DNA of 64,000 bases from an uncultured Gemmatimonadaceae bacterium (GTDB lineage Bacteria; Gemmatimonadota; Gemmatimonadetes; Gemmatimonadales; Gemmatimonadaceae). Each line of letters starts with the position of its first letter. Position 1 is the stretch's first letter. The translations under genes were made by a program, and so were the position numbers. Below the pieces are notes generated by a model. That model did not search any database. It was not told the DNA's origin and worked only from the letters and a program-made list of their open reading frames with translations. The stretch covers positions 928,001 to 992,000 of the forward strand of contig OY970320.1 of assembly GCA_963716745.1 (NCBI GenBank), read 5' to 3'. This document shows positions 9,235-20,612 of the stretch, in pieces.

Positions 9235-11645
9235 TTAGCGGACACCATTTAGCTTGGGCACGCGAAATCCATCCACAAACTGGCGGAAGACATCTTCCTC
9301 GACGTCCGCCTTGAATCTCTCGATGTTCTGCCTAATACTGCCGACCGGATCATCCTTATCGACAAGAACCTCCGAGTCCTGATAAGCAACCGCCAACATG
9401 TGATAGAGACACTGATCGACCACGACCTCAGCAAGGCGATACTGTGAGGTCCGCTCCGCGTCAATCGAATCGCGAAACGATTTCTCGTCAGTGCCAAATG
9501 CTGCGCGATTGACTGCATGCAGGCTATTGATCGTGATCATGCCGGTGATCCGATCGAACTCGCTGGCATTCTTCGACAAGCCGCCCGGCAGCGCCCGATA
9601 TTGCAGTCCCTTGAAGACACCGCCAAATGGGCTCTTGGTCTCCTCGATCGAAACCAGCGCCTCTGCACGAACATTCACCTTTGGCTTCGGGAAGCAATCC
9701 GCGGTGATATGCGCCTTCTGGCCAAATCCATAGCCGCGATATGAGAGTCCAATGCGACCAACTGTCCCCGGTGGCAACAAATGGTCCTTTGTGAACTTGA
9801 CCTCTAGCTCGTCCTTCTCCACGCCCTTCGCATTGACGAGCTTCACTGTTGAATCACCCTGTGCCCTCCGCACCGAAATGAGAGTGCCAGTTGGCACAAT
9901 TAGCGGATTAACGAGTAGAGTCAGCCCCCCCAATCGATTCGGCGCTGCCTTACTCGCTTTCGGGTGAACTCAAGGCCCGAAGCGGGCGGTTCCGCAATTT
10001 CGGGTGGTATGACGTCGACCACATTCAGGCGCGCCTCTACATTGTTACCGTCAACGTCCTGGCCGAGTGCGAGAATCTCCGCCTGAGAACCAAGCTTGAA
10101 GCCGGCGATTGTGAAGCTGACCGTCAGCAGTCGCTCATTGGAGAGCACAGGCTCGAATACGGTTGAGCTTGGCTCGATACTAACATTGCCATTGTTGCTG
10201 TCCACGATAACCGTGTATTCTGGCTAGTACCCTAGCGCTGTTTGCGAGCAACCGAACGCGACGAGTTTGTCCGACCTTCAGTTGGATCCGTTCGTCCTCG
10301 AAAGCCATGACATTCGGAATGGCGGGACCTACAGAACCGGGGCCGCCTCCGGGCTGTTGTTTCGTGACGTCCTCGAACAGCTCATTCAGCTTCTGCAGCG
10401 CCTTCTTCACCTTCTTCTCTGCAGCATTGGAAAGGGCCTTCGTCGGCTCCGAGCGTCGGTCGATCTCCTTCTTCAGAATGGGTTCAAGCAGCGGCCTAAG
10501 GGTCGCGTCGAGCGCCTTGTAAAAATCGGTCCTAGTGTCGAACCCGTCGCGAGACTCGGTGAGAAGCGCCTCGCCTGCATTCAGGCGCTTCCTAATCACC
10601 TCGCGAACTCCCGTGAGTCGCACTACACCGTACACCTGGTCCAAGTAAGGTGAGCCCTCAAAGCCGAAAAGCGTCTGATCATATACGGTATCGACTTCAT
10701 CAACGACCAAGAGCCCACCCGCACGATCGTCACCAGCATCCGCACTGGGCAGAGTAGTGTCAGCGCGCACAACAATCACTTCCGCGAGAATCTCGCCATA
10801 CTCCTGATACTTCAGCTTGCAGTCGAACCTGCCGATCACCTGACCGCGTGGAAAATTGTATGTGAGATGGTGACGTTGGTCCCCTCCTCCGCGGCTCTGT
10901 TCGAGATTGACATCACAATGCGGATCGGCATTGATCAGGCGGAGCATGTAGAAGCCTGACAGGCGTGCAACAAGGCCTTCGGCATTCGGTACGCGACACT
11001 GCTCATTGAGCAGACACGAGACGTTCGTGCCGTTCTTCGAACCGATACCCCGAGTCCTGCCGCTGTTTTCGCGTTGCAGCGCCAATATCCATTACTTCAT
11101 AAACTGGTTCCTCCTGGCCAGGCCCACCCTCCCATTCAAAGGAGCATATGCTGGCGCGGTTCTCCTTTATGGTGCGCACTTGGCCCTGGTGTGTGTGAAT
11201 ACACGACATTGCCAATTCCTTGGCCAAAAAGACCCCGGGACAGCGTGTCCCTCGCCCGCACCACTCTTCTCCTCACCGTACTTCAATAATCTTCCGCATC
11301 CATCTCACCGGCAGTCATTCCTTCGGCGTGATCAATTACTTGGCACTCACGCTTTTCCAGTGAAGCCGCGGCAGCAGTAGTGCTAACTCGAATTGTGACT
11401 TCTCGGCGGGGTCTGCCCGGAAGCTCCTTGAGGAGGTCGTCGTGAATCACGTGAGTTCCAACCGGAAGGCCGAGTAGCTTCGCGATGATGCCCGTCGATG
11501 AATCCGCCGCGCCGTACATTCTCTTGTACGAGTCGTAGCTGTTGGTAACTGGTTCGGTAATCGTCTTCGCGATGCTCTGTTGGACAGCCTTGTTAAACTG
11601 TCGTTTCCACTTTCTTGTTGCGAGGGTCAACTTGCGCTTCGTCAT
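9235..11645 (-). CDS. GHKL (HATPase_c/MORC-like) ATPase domain protein, about 800 aa (frameshifted)
   Basis: ITEPVTNSYDS (ExxxNxxD), VIDHAEGMT (DxxxG), GLFGQGIG in a shifted frame, NGT motif; pieced from ORFs 11283-11645, 11003-11227, 10180-11085, 9921-10205, 9235-9933. Confidence 0.72.
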
Positions 11646-12357
11646 TCGTATCTCCTACGGTTCGGCGGTGGTAGTCGCGAGGTCAGCGCTTCCTGGAACA
11701 ACGTCGAGAATCGTTCGCGAAGTTCATTAAGAAGTTGACCACATCGTCGTCTCCGACTGAGGCGGCGGTCGTTCTTAGTCGCGCTAAGCGGTGCGTCAGC
11801 GCCTCGGGCGGCGTGTGCGAGTATGCCTCCAGGACATCAAGAGCCTCGAGTGCGTCCGCATTCTCCCAGCCAAGCTGGAATTTTTGCCAAAGCGCTGAGG
11901 TGCGTATTCGCGCAACTCCATCTTCAGCATGCACCGTTCGTTTTACCTTGCCGCCTGGTTCCGCCTGGAGGTCAGATGGCGAGAGCTTAAGATTCACGCT
12001 CGCGTTCGTCCCGAGCTTCCCCATCAACGCGCGCGCCTCTTCTTCTCCTCCGACCGTTAGCTGCCATCCCAGTCGAGTCTTACCGGTGGCCCAATTCCGA
12101 TACTTGGGGCGGAGCTGCAGGAGTGCTCTGTTGACCCGCGTCGCATCTGGGTACTCCGCGAAGCCAACCATTGCAAACCTTCTCGGAAACATTCGAAACA
12201 ATGCCACCGCAATGTTCTCGAACGTTGCCGGTACATCAAGATCAGAGAGCACTTTGATGGCGAACACGGTCAAGCGATTCAGATCGATGGCCGAGTACCG
12301 ATCTGCCTCATAGGGCTTCAGGCCCATGATCGCCGTGGGAGTTGAAGCTTTACTCAC
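11642..12357 (-). CDS. Hypothetical protein, winged-helix-like N-terminal half; start uncertain
   Basis: FENIAVALFRMFP..YPDATRVNRALLQL..WQLTVGG; shifted C-terminus ..NRRRYE* ends in an ATGA overlap with the ATPase start. Confidence 0.6.
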
Positions 12358-12406
12358 TTGAGCGTGGGTTCTGGAATTGTGAGCTCCTTGGTCCAAGGAT
12401 TCCTTG

Positions 12407-13259
12407 TCAATGAGCTGTCGGCGGGTGGCACGTAGATCGGGCGTCCATACGCCCGAAGAGGAAGTTTGCCCGCCGCGGCCTGCCGAGCTCGCGTACGACA
12501 ATCCGGACATACGATGCATGTATGTCAGATCCTATCGCGCGCCGACCTCGCAAAACGGCGGCGGCGATCGTCGTGCCTGAACCCATGTATGGATCACACA
12601 CCGCGTCGCCGCGATCCGTAAGGGCGAGGATCAGGCGATCGGCCAGCTCAAGCGGAAACTGACAAGGGTGATCAGTTTTTTCGGGATGATTGTGCTTGAC
12701 GTTGGGGATTGCCCAAACATTGCCGGGATTCTGACCATTGGGGTTTGATGAGAACTGACCCTTCTTTGGCCCCTTGTAGTGCCTCTTGCCTGGGTATTTT
12801 TGCGGAACACGCACATGCTCGAGATTGAACTTGTAGCGTTTGCTCTTTGTGAACCATGAGATAGTCTCGTACCTTCCCGAGAATCGCTGGTTGCAATGCA
12901 ATCCATGCTCGAAATGCCACACGATTCTATTGCGCATTTCTGAATCCGGAGTCGATGAACTCCCTATAAAGCAGTGAATCAAGAGGGTACACCTGACCCG
13001 AGCGCACATAGTTTCCAACCTGCCAGCATATGCTACCGTTGGGCTTCAGGACGCGCGCGCACTCAGAAATCACAAGCCGCTGGTTCGCCAAGTATGAATT
13101 GATGTCTGTCCTCTCCTCGTAACTCTTGCCGAGGTTGTACGGCGGCGATGTCAGCACCAGCATTACTGATTCGTCGGGTAGTGATCGCAGGAACGCCAGA
13201 CAGTCGCCTGTATGCAGCACGACGTCTGCGTCGCTGCGGTGAGACTTGCTAATCTTCAT
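12407..13259 (-). CDS. Site-specific DNA methyltransferase, beta class, SPPY motif (likely N4-cytosine; frameshifted)
   Basis: GDCL, LTSPPYN, RNRIVWHFEHGLH, HPCQFP, DPYMGSGTT. Confidence 0.92.
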
Positions 13260-14345
13260 TCTCCTCCCCCGGAGCTATTGTGGATCGGGTGCCTATGCGT
13301 TGCATGTGCGCCTGCGTTCCTGAGTTGGTCCAACGCGGACTCGCCACCGCGTGCGATCGCGAACCGAGCGGACCTACCGGTCTTGATGCGGGTAATTAGT
13401 CGCAAGTCTTGCATGCGTCCCAACGCACCAGCTTTCATGGTCTGTACCGTCGCTTCTGACAGGCGGGAAGGAAGGTTTTGTTTTGCGAGTTGATCCAACT
13501 CTTCAACAGACAGTTCACTCTCGAGGAGGCCAGTAAGAATTGCCATCAGGCAAGAACGTTCACGGGGAATTCTCTCCGCGGCGTTATCGAGATACCATCC
13601 GGATCTCGTCGGCCGAGAGCGCCGTACTTAGGTCACCAGCGTCGAGGGCAGGATTAGGCAGCTTGGCAAACGTGAGTCCGCCGGCGGTCAGCCCCACGCG
13701 ATTCTTTTCAGCGACGCCCGCGAGGCCAAGTTCAAACAGAGCTCCGCTCGCTCGCCCCTTCCTGTCGACTCTGCCGAAATAGTGGTCCCCAAATCGTTCT
13801 CTGGCTCTAAAGAGCGGCTCGCGGCTCGGCAGGCCTGTGAGAAGGCTTTCGTCGCCTGGCGGCCTGGCCACTCCGTATCGCGTAGCGATCCACCTGCCCG
13901 CCGCTTCCGCGCGCACGCTCGCGAGATTCTTGGCGGCTTCGAGGTCAGTTGGCCCCATCGCCGACTCTCTGAGTAGTGAGCGCAACGCGATCTTGATCGG
14001 GAACACGCGATTTACAATTCCCCAAAGCCAACCGTGATCAGCCACTCTCATGCTGGCGGCAGCCGATAAGTCCAGCGTTGCTACTGGCTCCCCGTGGAGC
14101 ACGCCAAGATCAGAGAATGAGGTATTCTCGGAAGGCTGATGTGCGAAGACTGATCGGCTCCGCATTGATTCACGATCGCCTGCGGCGAGCGAAGGCCCCT
14201 CCTCGCGCCCAGTCGGCGCCTCCAGCGAGAGCTGATTCTCAATTGCGAGAGTAGCGAACTGGCCCACAGAGGCAAAGCCGCCGGCTTCCACTGCCCGCTG
14301 TACCCTATCGAATAACCCCGACGGGACGTCAATTAGAATTCTCAT
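13256..14345 (-). CDS. Hypothetical regulator-like protein: RHH-like N-terminus, wHTH-like C-terminus (frameshifted)
   Basis: MRILIDVPSGLFDRVQRAVEAGGFASVGQFATLAIENQL (CopG/RHH pattern); GALGRMQDLRLITRIKTG at C-terminus; AGAGG RBS; ATGA overlap with the MTase. Confidence 0.62.
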
Positions 14346-14378
14346 GGCAACGGATCCTCTATGACTGCGACCGGATGC

Positions 14379-14407
14379 ATCATATAATACAGCTGATGTC
14401 TTGTCAA
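14379..14407 (-). promoter_or_regulatory. Sigma70-type promoter TTGACA-N17-TATGAT
   Basis: -35 at 14407-14402, -10 at 14384-14379, upstream of ATG 14345. Confidence 0.75.
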
Positions 14408-14574
14408 TAGCAACCGATGTATCAAATCGATACAACCGTTCCTCGTTCCCCATCGACAGACTCGGCGGCCGTCCAAAGATCCGGTTTGCCATCGGGGGAG
14501 GCTTCTCAGGATGGAGAGTTCTTCCCTCGGAACCTGGCAGCATCAGAGGTACCGCCCACCGACGCGACGGTAAG

Positions 14575-14610
14575 AAAAAAAAGCCCCACCGCGATATCGC
14601 GGCGAGGCTT
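14575..14610 (-). terminator. Intrinsic terminator after tRNA-Pro
   Basis: Hairpin AAGCCTCGCCGCGATATCGCGGTGGGGCTT followed by a T run on the minus strand. Confidence 0.8.
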
Positions 14611-14624
14611 CATCTTCAATTCAA

Positions 14625-14698
14625 TCGGGACGGCGGGATTTGAACCCGCGACCCCCTGAACCCCATTCAGGTGCGCTACCGGGCTGCGCTACGTCCCG
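14625..14698 (-). tRNA. tRNA-Pro(GGG)
   Basis: Cloverleaf CGGGACG...CGTCCCG-A; anticodon arm CCTGA-AT GGG GT-TCAGG; GGTTCAAATCC T arm. Confidence 0.97.
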
Positions 14699-14792
14699 CT
14701 CCTCTGCCTCGGAGCAAGGACCGGAATCTACTCGCGCGACGATGCCCCGACAACCGCCGCCGCACTCCGCGCCCGCGCGACGCCCCCGGCGC

Positions 14793-15446
14793 TCACTCCC
14801 TGCCCCGGCGCACGCCGACGAACGGCAGCAGCGCCCGCACCTGCTCGCGATACTCCGCGTACGGCCGGCCGAGCGCGGCAACGAGCATCTCGTCTTCCAC
14901 TCTCACGCGGTACGCGTACGCCGCGAGGGTCGCGACGAGACTCGCGGCGAGGGTCACGGCGTTCCCGCTCGCCATCGCGACGCCGTTCAGACAGAGCAGT
15001 GATCCGAGATAACCGGGATGCCGCACCCACCGGTACGGACCGTCGCGCGACACTCTGTGCTCGGCGTTCACGAGCAGCGTCCGCGTGTAGCGCTCGCGCA
15101 GAGTGAGCACGGCCCACAGCCGCAGCGCGAAACCCGCGACGCCGAGTGCCACGCCCGTCCACGCGGCCGCGGGCATGCCGGGGATCGCGGCGTCGCGGAA
15201 CCAATGCGGCAGCCACCCCGCGTAGCCGGGCGAGTTGGCCTTCATCGCGAGGACGAATCCGAACACCGGCACGAGCGACGCGGCGGACAGGATCCACGTG
15301 CTCTTCCGGTCGTACTCGCCGCCGCGATGAGCCCGCGCGCGCGCGCCGAAGCGGAGCTCGGCCTGCAGCATGTACAACAGGAGCACGACGATGGCGGACT
15401 GGCCGTACGCGGGGAGTTCGGCGAAGCGGTTGATCCAGTCGGACAT
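14793..15446 (-). CDS. Isoprenylcysteine carboxyl methyltransferase family membrane protein
   Basis: GPYRWVRHPGYLG..RVRVEDEML..YAEYR. Confidence 0.85.
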   Translation of the reverse strand: MSDWINRFAELPAYGQSAIVVLLLYMLQAELRFGARARAHRGGEYDRKSTWILSAASLVPVFGFVLAMKANSPGYAGWLPHWFRDAAIPGMPAAAWTGVALGVAGFALRLWAVLTLRERYTRTLLVNAEHRVSRDGPYRWVRHPGYLGSLLCLNGVAMASGNAVTLAASLVATLAAYAYRVRVEDEMLVAALGRPYAEYREQVRALLPFVGVRRGRE

Positions 15447-15458
15447 CAGCTGTCGCCG

Positions 15459-15870
15459 CTACGGCAGCGCGGTGCCGCTGAGCGTCACGTGCACGTGCGC
15501 GCTGCCCGGTTGGGCCACGACGTCGAGGGTCGCATTCTTCGTGCCGATGCTGCTCACGGGAGTGAACTCGACCCTGATGGTGCACGTGGCGCTGGCGACG
15601 ACGGCGCCCGCGGCGGCGCAACCGTCGGCGATGATCGTGAAGTCACCGGCGTTCGGTCCGCTCAATCCGTTGGCGAACGATGTCGTCGCTGCGTTGCCCG
15701 CGTTGGTGATCGTGAAGTCCTTGAACGCCGAGGAATCGCCGAGGTTCACGTTCCCGTAGCCCCACGTCAGGGGGTTCGCGAGGAGGATGATGCGAGGACG
15801 GAGTCGTTGGGGTGCTGCTGCAGGCTCCGACGAGAGCGGCGAGCGCGAGAAGGATCGGCGTGCGCTTCAT
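15459..15870 (-). CDS. Lipoprotein with Ig-like (choice-of-anchor D type) domain (frameshifted)
   Basis: MKRTPILLALAALVGAC lipobox; FTITNAG..CTIRVEFTP. Confidence 0.65.
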
Positions 15871-15928
15871 CCAGGGGCTCCCGCGGAATCTACGCGCGCA
15901 GCGGGGGCGACAACGGCTACTGCAACTA

Positions 15929-16045
15929 CCGGGAACCGATTGCCGGGAACCGGTGAGGAATAACAAAGAATGCATTACGACATCGCGCGATGTCGTAACA
16001 CCATGCTTTGTCATGCAACACCGGTTCCCGGCAATCGGTTCCCGG
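15929..16045. repeat. ~118-bp palindromic element, copy 1
   Basis: CCGGGAACCGATTGCCGGGAACCGGTG...CACCGGTTCCCGGCAATCGGTTCCCGG. Confidence 0.95.
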
Positions 16046-16059
16046 CAGTTACAGGCCAC

Positions 16060-17424
16060 TCAGATCGGCGGAGTGGTCACGACCTGCGCGAGAAGCCGCT
16101 CAGCAGACCGCCGCCGTCGGAACCGATCGTGTACGCACGGTGGTCACGTGGAGATTCGCCGCCGCGGTCGCATTGCCGAGCGCGCCAAAGAACACGGTGG
16201 TGGTGCCGAAATCGGGTGAGGTCGCTTGGGCATCCCCCTGGCAACAGGAAGGCCTTCACGAGGCCATCCACGCAGAGAAGATACAAATTGACCGACCCTT
16301 CCTTCCTGACCCGGTACTTGTGAGAGGACAGTCGCAGTCACGTTGAAGGAGGCTCCGGGGGTAGCGACGTCGCTCCACAAGCCGGTGACCGGATCCAGGT
16401 GCACGAACGCGACGTGGTCCTCATAGAACCCCAGGACCGCTTGCGTCCCCGTCGCGCCAGGCTGGACGATACCGATCACGGCCTGTATGGGAACGCCAGC
16501 GATGGCGCTTCCAAGCTTTCCTTCCAGGAAAATGGAGGCGAGGCTCGGCGCATCCAGAGAATCGTTGCGCGCGATGTAGATGGAGCTGGTGCCGGTCGCG
16601 GCCGTGAGCACCAGGTCGGTGCCAATGTTGAACGTCTCGCTGCCCAGCGTTGTGTACTGATTGACCTGCGTGTACGGCGTCTTCCATCGCGGCTTCGCGA
16701 ACTGGTCGGGCAGCGAATCGGTCTTCCCGCTATATGAGTAGGCCCACAACGTGTCATTCGGCGGCGGCCACGCGGCGTTCACCATGAGCACGAAGGTGAA
16801 TGAATGCACGGTATCGCCGGTGGACGGCTTGAATGAGCCGGTGAACTTCCACTGCTGATCGGATGTGAGATCGGTTCCGGGCGAACCCTGCACTGCCGTG
16901 GGGCGGTCCTTGTACCAGAAGAACGGCTGGTTCAGGGCCGTGAAGAAGCCCAAGCCAGCGTAGTTCGCAACCGTGATGGTGCAGGCGACGCACGGCGTAC
17001 TCTGCGTGATCACCGGCGAGCTCGAGAAGCCGATGAACACGCCGCTCGTGTCAGGCGGCGCCGGATTGGTCGCCGAGTAGTTCGACCCGATCGGGAAGCT
17101 CAGCAGATTCTCCATGTGGACGTTGAACGTCCACGTCCGATTCACGGGCGCATTGTCGACGAGACTCACGAAAGTCCCGGTGATCGCCACGGTGGTAGAG
17201 CCGCCGTAAATGGCTGGACTGACAGCGCTGTTCTTCCCGACCGCGGCCTGCGCGCCCATTGGCACGAACTCGGCCGTCATCGTCTTTCCAGTCACCGTGC
17301 CGCGGATCATGCCGAGAGGCGCAGGACGCCCGCGCGGAGCGAGGGGTGCATTGCCCGTCGGGCCGTCGCTGCAGGCAGCGACGGCGAGGAGAATGAACGC
17401 GGCTTGGAAGAGGCGGTTAGTCAT
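16060..17424 (-). CDS. Secreted lipoprotein, hypothetical (3' end frameshifted, approximate)
   Basis: MTNRLFQAAFILLAVAAC lipobox; long beta-rich ORF 16144-17442. Confidence 0.7.
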
Positions 17425-17553
17425 GGGGGAAATGTACACCATTTGGGCGCAAGAGGTGCCTACTAATTCTGACCAGTAAGACCCGAAGTTGCAACAAATT
17501 GTGGCGGAAGGGGAGGGCTAAGGGGCTCGGGGAATGTTCGGGGCCTCTAACAG

Positions 17554-17671
17554 CCGGGAACCGGTTGCCGGGAACCGGTGAGGAATGACAATGCATGGTG
17601 CTACGGCACCGCGCAATGAAGTGATGTAATGCGTTGTCATGCCACACCGGTTCCCGGCAATCGGTTCCCGG
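17554..17671. repeat. ~118-bp palindromic element, copy 2
   Basis: Same terminal arms as copy 1. Confidence 0.95.
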
Positions 17672-17754
17672 TAGTTGCAGTTAACCTCTGGCACCCCGCC
17701 CAAGCTCGGGCCATGTTCGGCGCTCGCGCACGTCTCCTCTGCCCCGGGCCCGAC

Positions 17755-19344
17755 ATGAATCGCACTGCTCGTTGCCTCCTATTCTGCCGCTGCCATCATT
17801 CCGGCCGCCCGAGGCGCCGCCCAGCAGCTGCCCGGCTGCGCAATTCACCGATCCCGATCGAGCCGCGAAGCTCGCCGCGGCGTATCCGGCTATCGATTCG
17901 CTATTCGCGGCCATGGCGCTTCGCGAGCATATCCCCGGCGCGGCGTGGGGCATCGTGATCGACGGGAGACTCGGCCACATCGGCGCGGCCGGTGTTCGCG
18001 ATATCGCGACGAAGTCCCCAGTGGACACGAATTCCGTGTTCCGCATCGCGAGCATGACCAAGAGCTTCACGGCGGCGAGCATCCTACTATTGCGTGATGA
18101 GGGCAAGCTTTCGCTCGATGATCCTGCGGAAAAGTGGGTCCCGGAGCTGAAGGGACTTCGCGCCACAAAGGACTCGCCGACGCTCACGATCCGCATGCTC
18201 CTGTCGCACGACACCGGTTGGCCCGAGGACAATCCGTGGGGCGATCAGCAGCTCTCGATCGCCGACAGCACGCTGAGTCGCATGATCGCGCACGGCATTC
18301 CCTTCTCGCACGCGCCCAACACGGCGTACGAATATTCGAACTACGCATTCATGATCCTTGGCCGCATCGTGTCGCGCGCGAGCGGAATGCCGTACCGGCA
18401 ATTCGTGCAAACGCGCCTGCTCACGCCGCTGGGCATGAAGTCGAGCACGCTCGAAGTCGCCATGGTGCCGAAAGACAAGCTCACGCTCGGATACCGCTGG
18501 GAAGACGGCACCTGGAAGCTCGAGCCGCAGCTGCCCGACGGCGCCGGCGGACCGATGGGCGGCATGCTCGTGAGTCCGCACGACATGGGCGTGTGGATCG
18601 CGAACATGCTCTCGGCGTGGCCGCCGAGCGATGCGCCGGAGACGGGACCGGTGAGGCGGAGTTCGCTGCGCGAGATGCAGCAGATGCACCGCACGCGGCC
18701 GCCGCAGGTCACGTACGACACGCTCACGAAGCACGTGACGCTCTTCGCGCCCGGTTATGGATTTGGTCTGCGCATCGTTGCCAATTGCAATTTTTCGCAC
18801 ATCGTGGCGCACGCGGGCGGACTGCCGGGATTCGGATCGTCTGATGATCTGGCTGCCGGAATACGGAGTGGGGCTGTTCGCGTTCGGGAATCGCACATAC
18901 ACGGATTACAGCGCGGCGAGCGATTCGGTGTTCGCGCTGCTGAAGAGGACGGGCGGGCTCGAGCGGAGAACGCCGGTGCCGGCGCCGGCGCTCGTGAAGG
19001 CGCGCGACCAGGTGAGCCGCCTCGTGATCAAGTGGAGCGACGCGCTCGCGGATTCACTCGCGTCAATGAATCTCTACCTCGACCACTCGAAGTCCCATCG
19101 CATCGCGCAACTCGACTCGCTGCACGCGAAAGTCGGCGCGTGCACGGCCGCAACGAATTGGTTCGTGGTGGAGAATGCGCTGCGCGGACAGTGGATCATG
19201 CCGTGCGAACGAGGAGCCATATGGGTGAGCATCACGATGGCGCCGACAATGCCGCCGTCGGTGCAATTCCTCGATGTGGCGGAGGAATCGACGGCGATGG
19301 CGAATGCGGTGAGGCACCCGGAGGAACGGAACTGCAGGAACTGA
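17755..19344 (+). CDS. Serine hydrolase, beta-lactamase family (frameshifted)
   Basis: FRIASMTKSF (SxxK), YEYSN, HAGGLPGF. Confidence 0.9.
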
Positions 19345-19354
19345 ACTGCGACTG

Positions 19355-19472
19355 CCGGGAACCGATTGCCGGGAACCGGTGATGCATGACAAACGCATGG
19401 TGTTACGACATCGCGCAATGTCGTAACACCATGCGTTGTTATGCCTACCGGTTCCCGGCAATCGGTTCCCGG
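19355..19472. repeat. ~118-bp palindromic element, copy 3
   Basis: Near-perfect hairpin; core GCATGGTGTTACGACAT-CGCGCA-ATGTCGTAACACCATGC. Confidence 0.95.
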
Positions 19473-19485
19473 TAGTTCCGCCTCA

Positions 19486-20323
19486 CTATCTCACGACCGT
19501 CCCCTCCCTGATCGTGATCGTCTGCACGTGCTCCTTCGCGCCGTCGAGCGTCAGCACCGCGTTCCAGCCCTCGAACGCGTAAGTCGCCAGCGAGCCATTC
19601 ACGAATTGCGGCGCGCCCCAACCGGAGAGCACGTCCTCGCGCCCGCTGCCGATGTGCACGCCGAGCACATCGGCGTTGGACAGCCGGCCTGCCGCGATGA
19701 GAATCGCGCCCGACCGTGGGCGCGAGCTTCACTTCCATCTCGCGACTCGGGAATCGAAGCGTCACGATGCCTTCGGCGAGCGTGCTGTCCTCCGGATCGC
19801 CGAGTGCCGCCGCGATCGCCGCCCGGCTGGCACCGAGCATGACGCCCGCGATGTTCACTTTCGGATCGCCCGTCTTCCACACCGGCACGAAGAGCGCGGT
19901 GGTCGGCCGACTCGCATCAGGCGCGCGAAGCTTGTGCGCGAGCTTGTAGTACGTCGGTTCGCCGAACCAGGCGAGGAAATCCGACAGCGGCTGCTCCCCT
20001 TCGCGCGTTTCGATCGGCCCCCGAGGACCCGCGGTCACGGCCATGTACCAAGGCCACCAAATGATGTAGCCGTCGCCGGGCACATCGACGCGATTGAATT
20101 GCGGATCGCCCGGCACCAGCTCGGCCGGCGTCATGTGATAGTGGAAACCGCCTCGGCAATACTTGGACCACACCGTCCACGCGCCGTCCCGATCCTCCTC
20201 TCGCGACACGGGAAGCGTATGCACCGTTGAGTCGCGAACGCCGCAATAGGGGCCCCATGCCGCCTGGGACCGGGCCACGACAGCGGTGGCGACGACGAGC
20301 GATGCAACGGCAACGAGGCGCAT
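19486..20323 (-). CDS. Secreted hypothetical protein (frameshifted)
   Basis: Signal-like MRLVAVASLVVATAVVA; two GVxLG/GVHIG..FG repeats; ORFs 19445-20503 and 19486-19668. Confidence 0.6.
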
Positions 20324-20425
20324 GCTGCGCAGGACCACGAATGCCTCCGGGTGCGAACGGGTCTGAACTGCTGGAGAATAGGTCGGTTCCCGGGCACGGA
20401 AGCAAGTGTGGGTGAACGACAGCCG

Positions 20426-20544
20426 CCGGGAACCGATTGCCGGGAACCGGTGATGCATGAAAACGCATGGTGTTACGACATCGCGCGAGTGTCGTAACAC
20501 CATGCTTTGTTATGCCTCACCGGTTCCCGGCAATCGGTTCCCGG
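20426..20544. repeat. ~118-bp palindromic element, copy 4
   Basis: Same arms and core. Confidence 0.95.
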
Positions 20545-20612
20545 TAGTACAGCAGTTGCCTCCTCGGCCCCGATTGGTGTAACTACAAGTATCACTCCAA
20601 CGGGGCGTCCGT

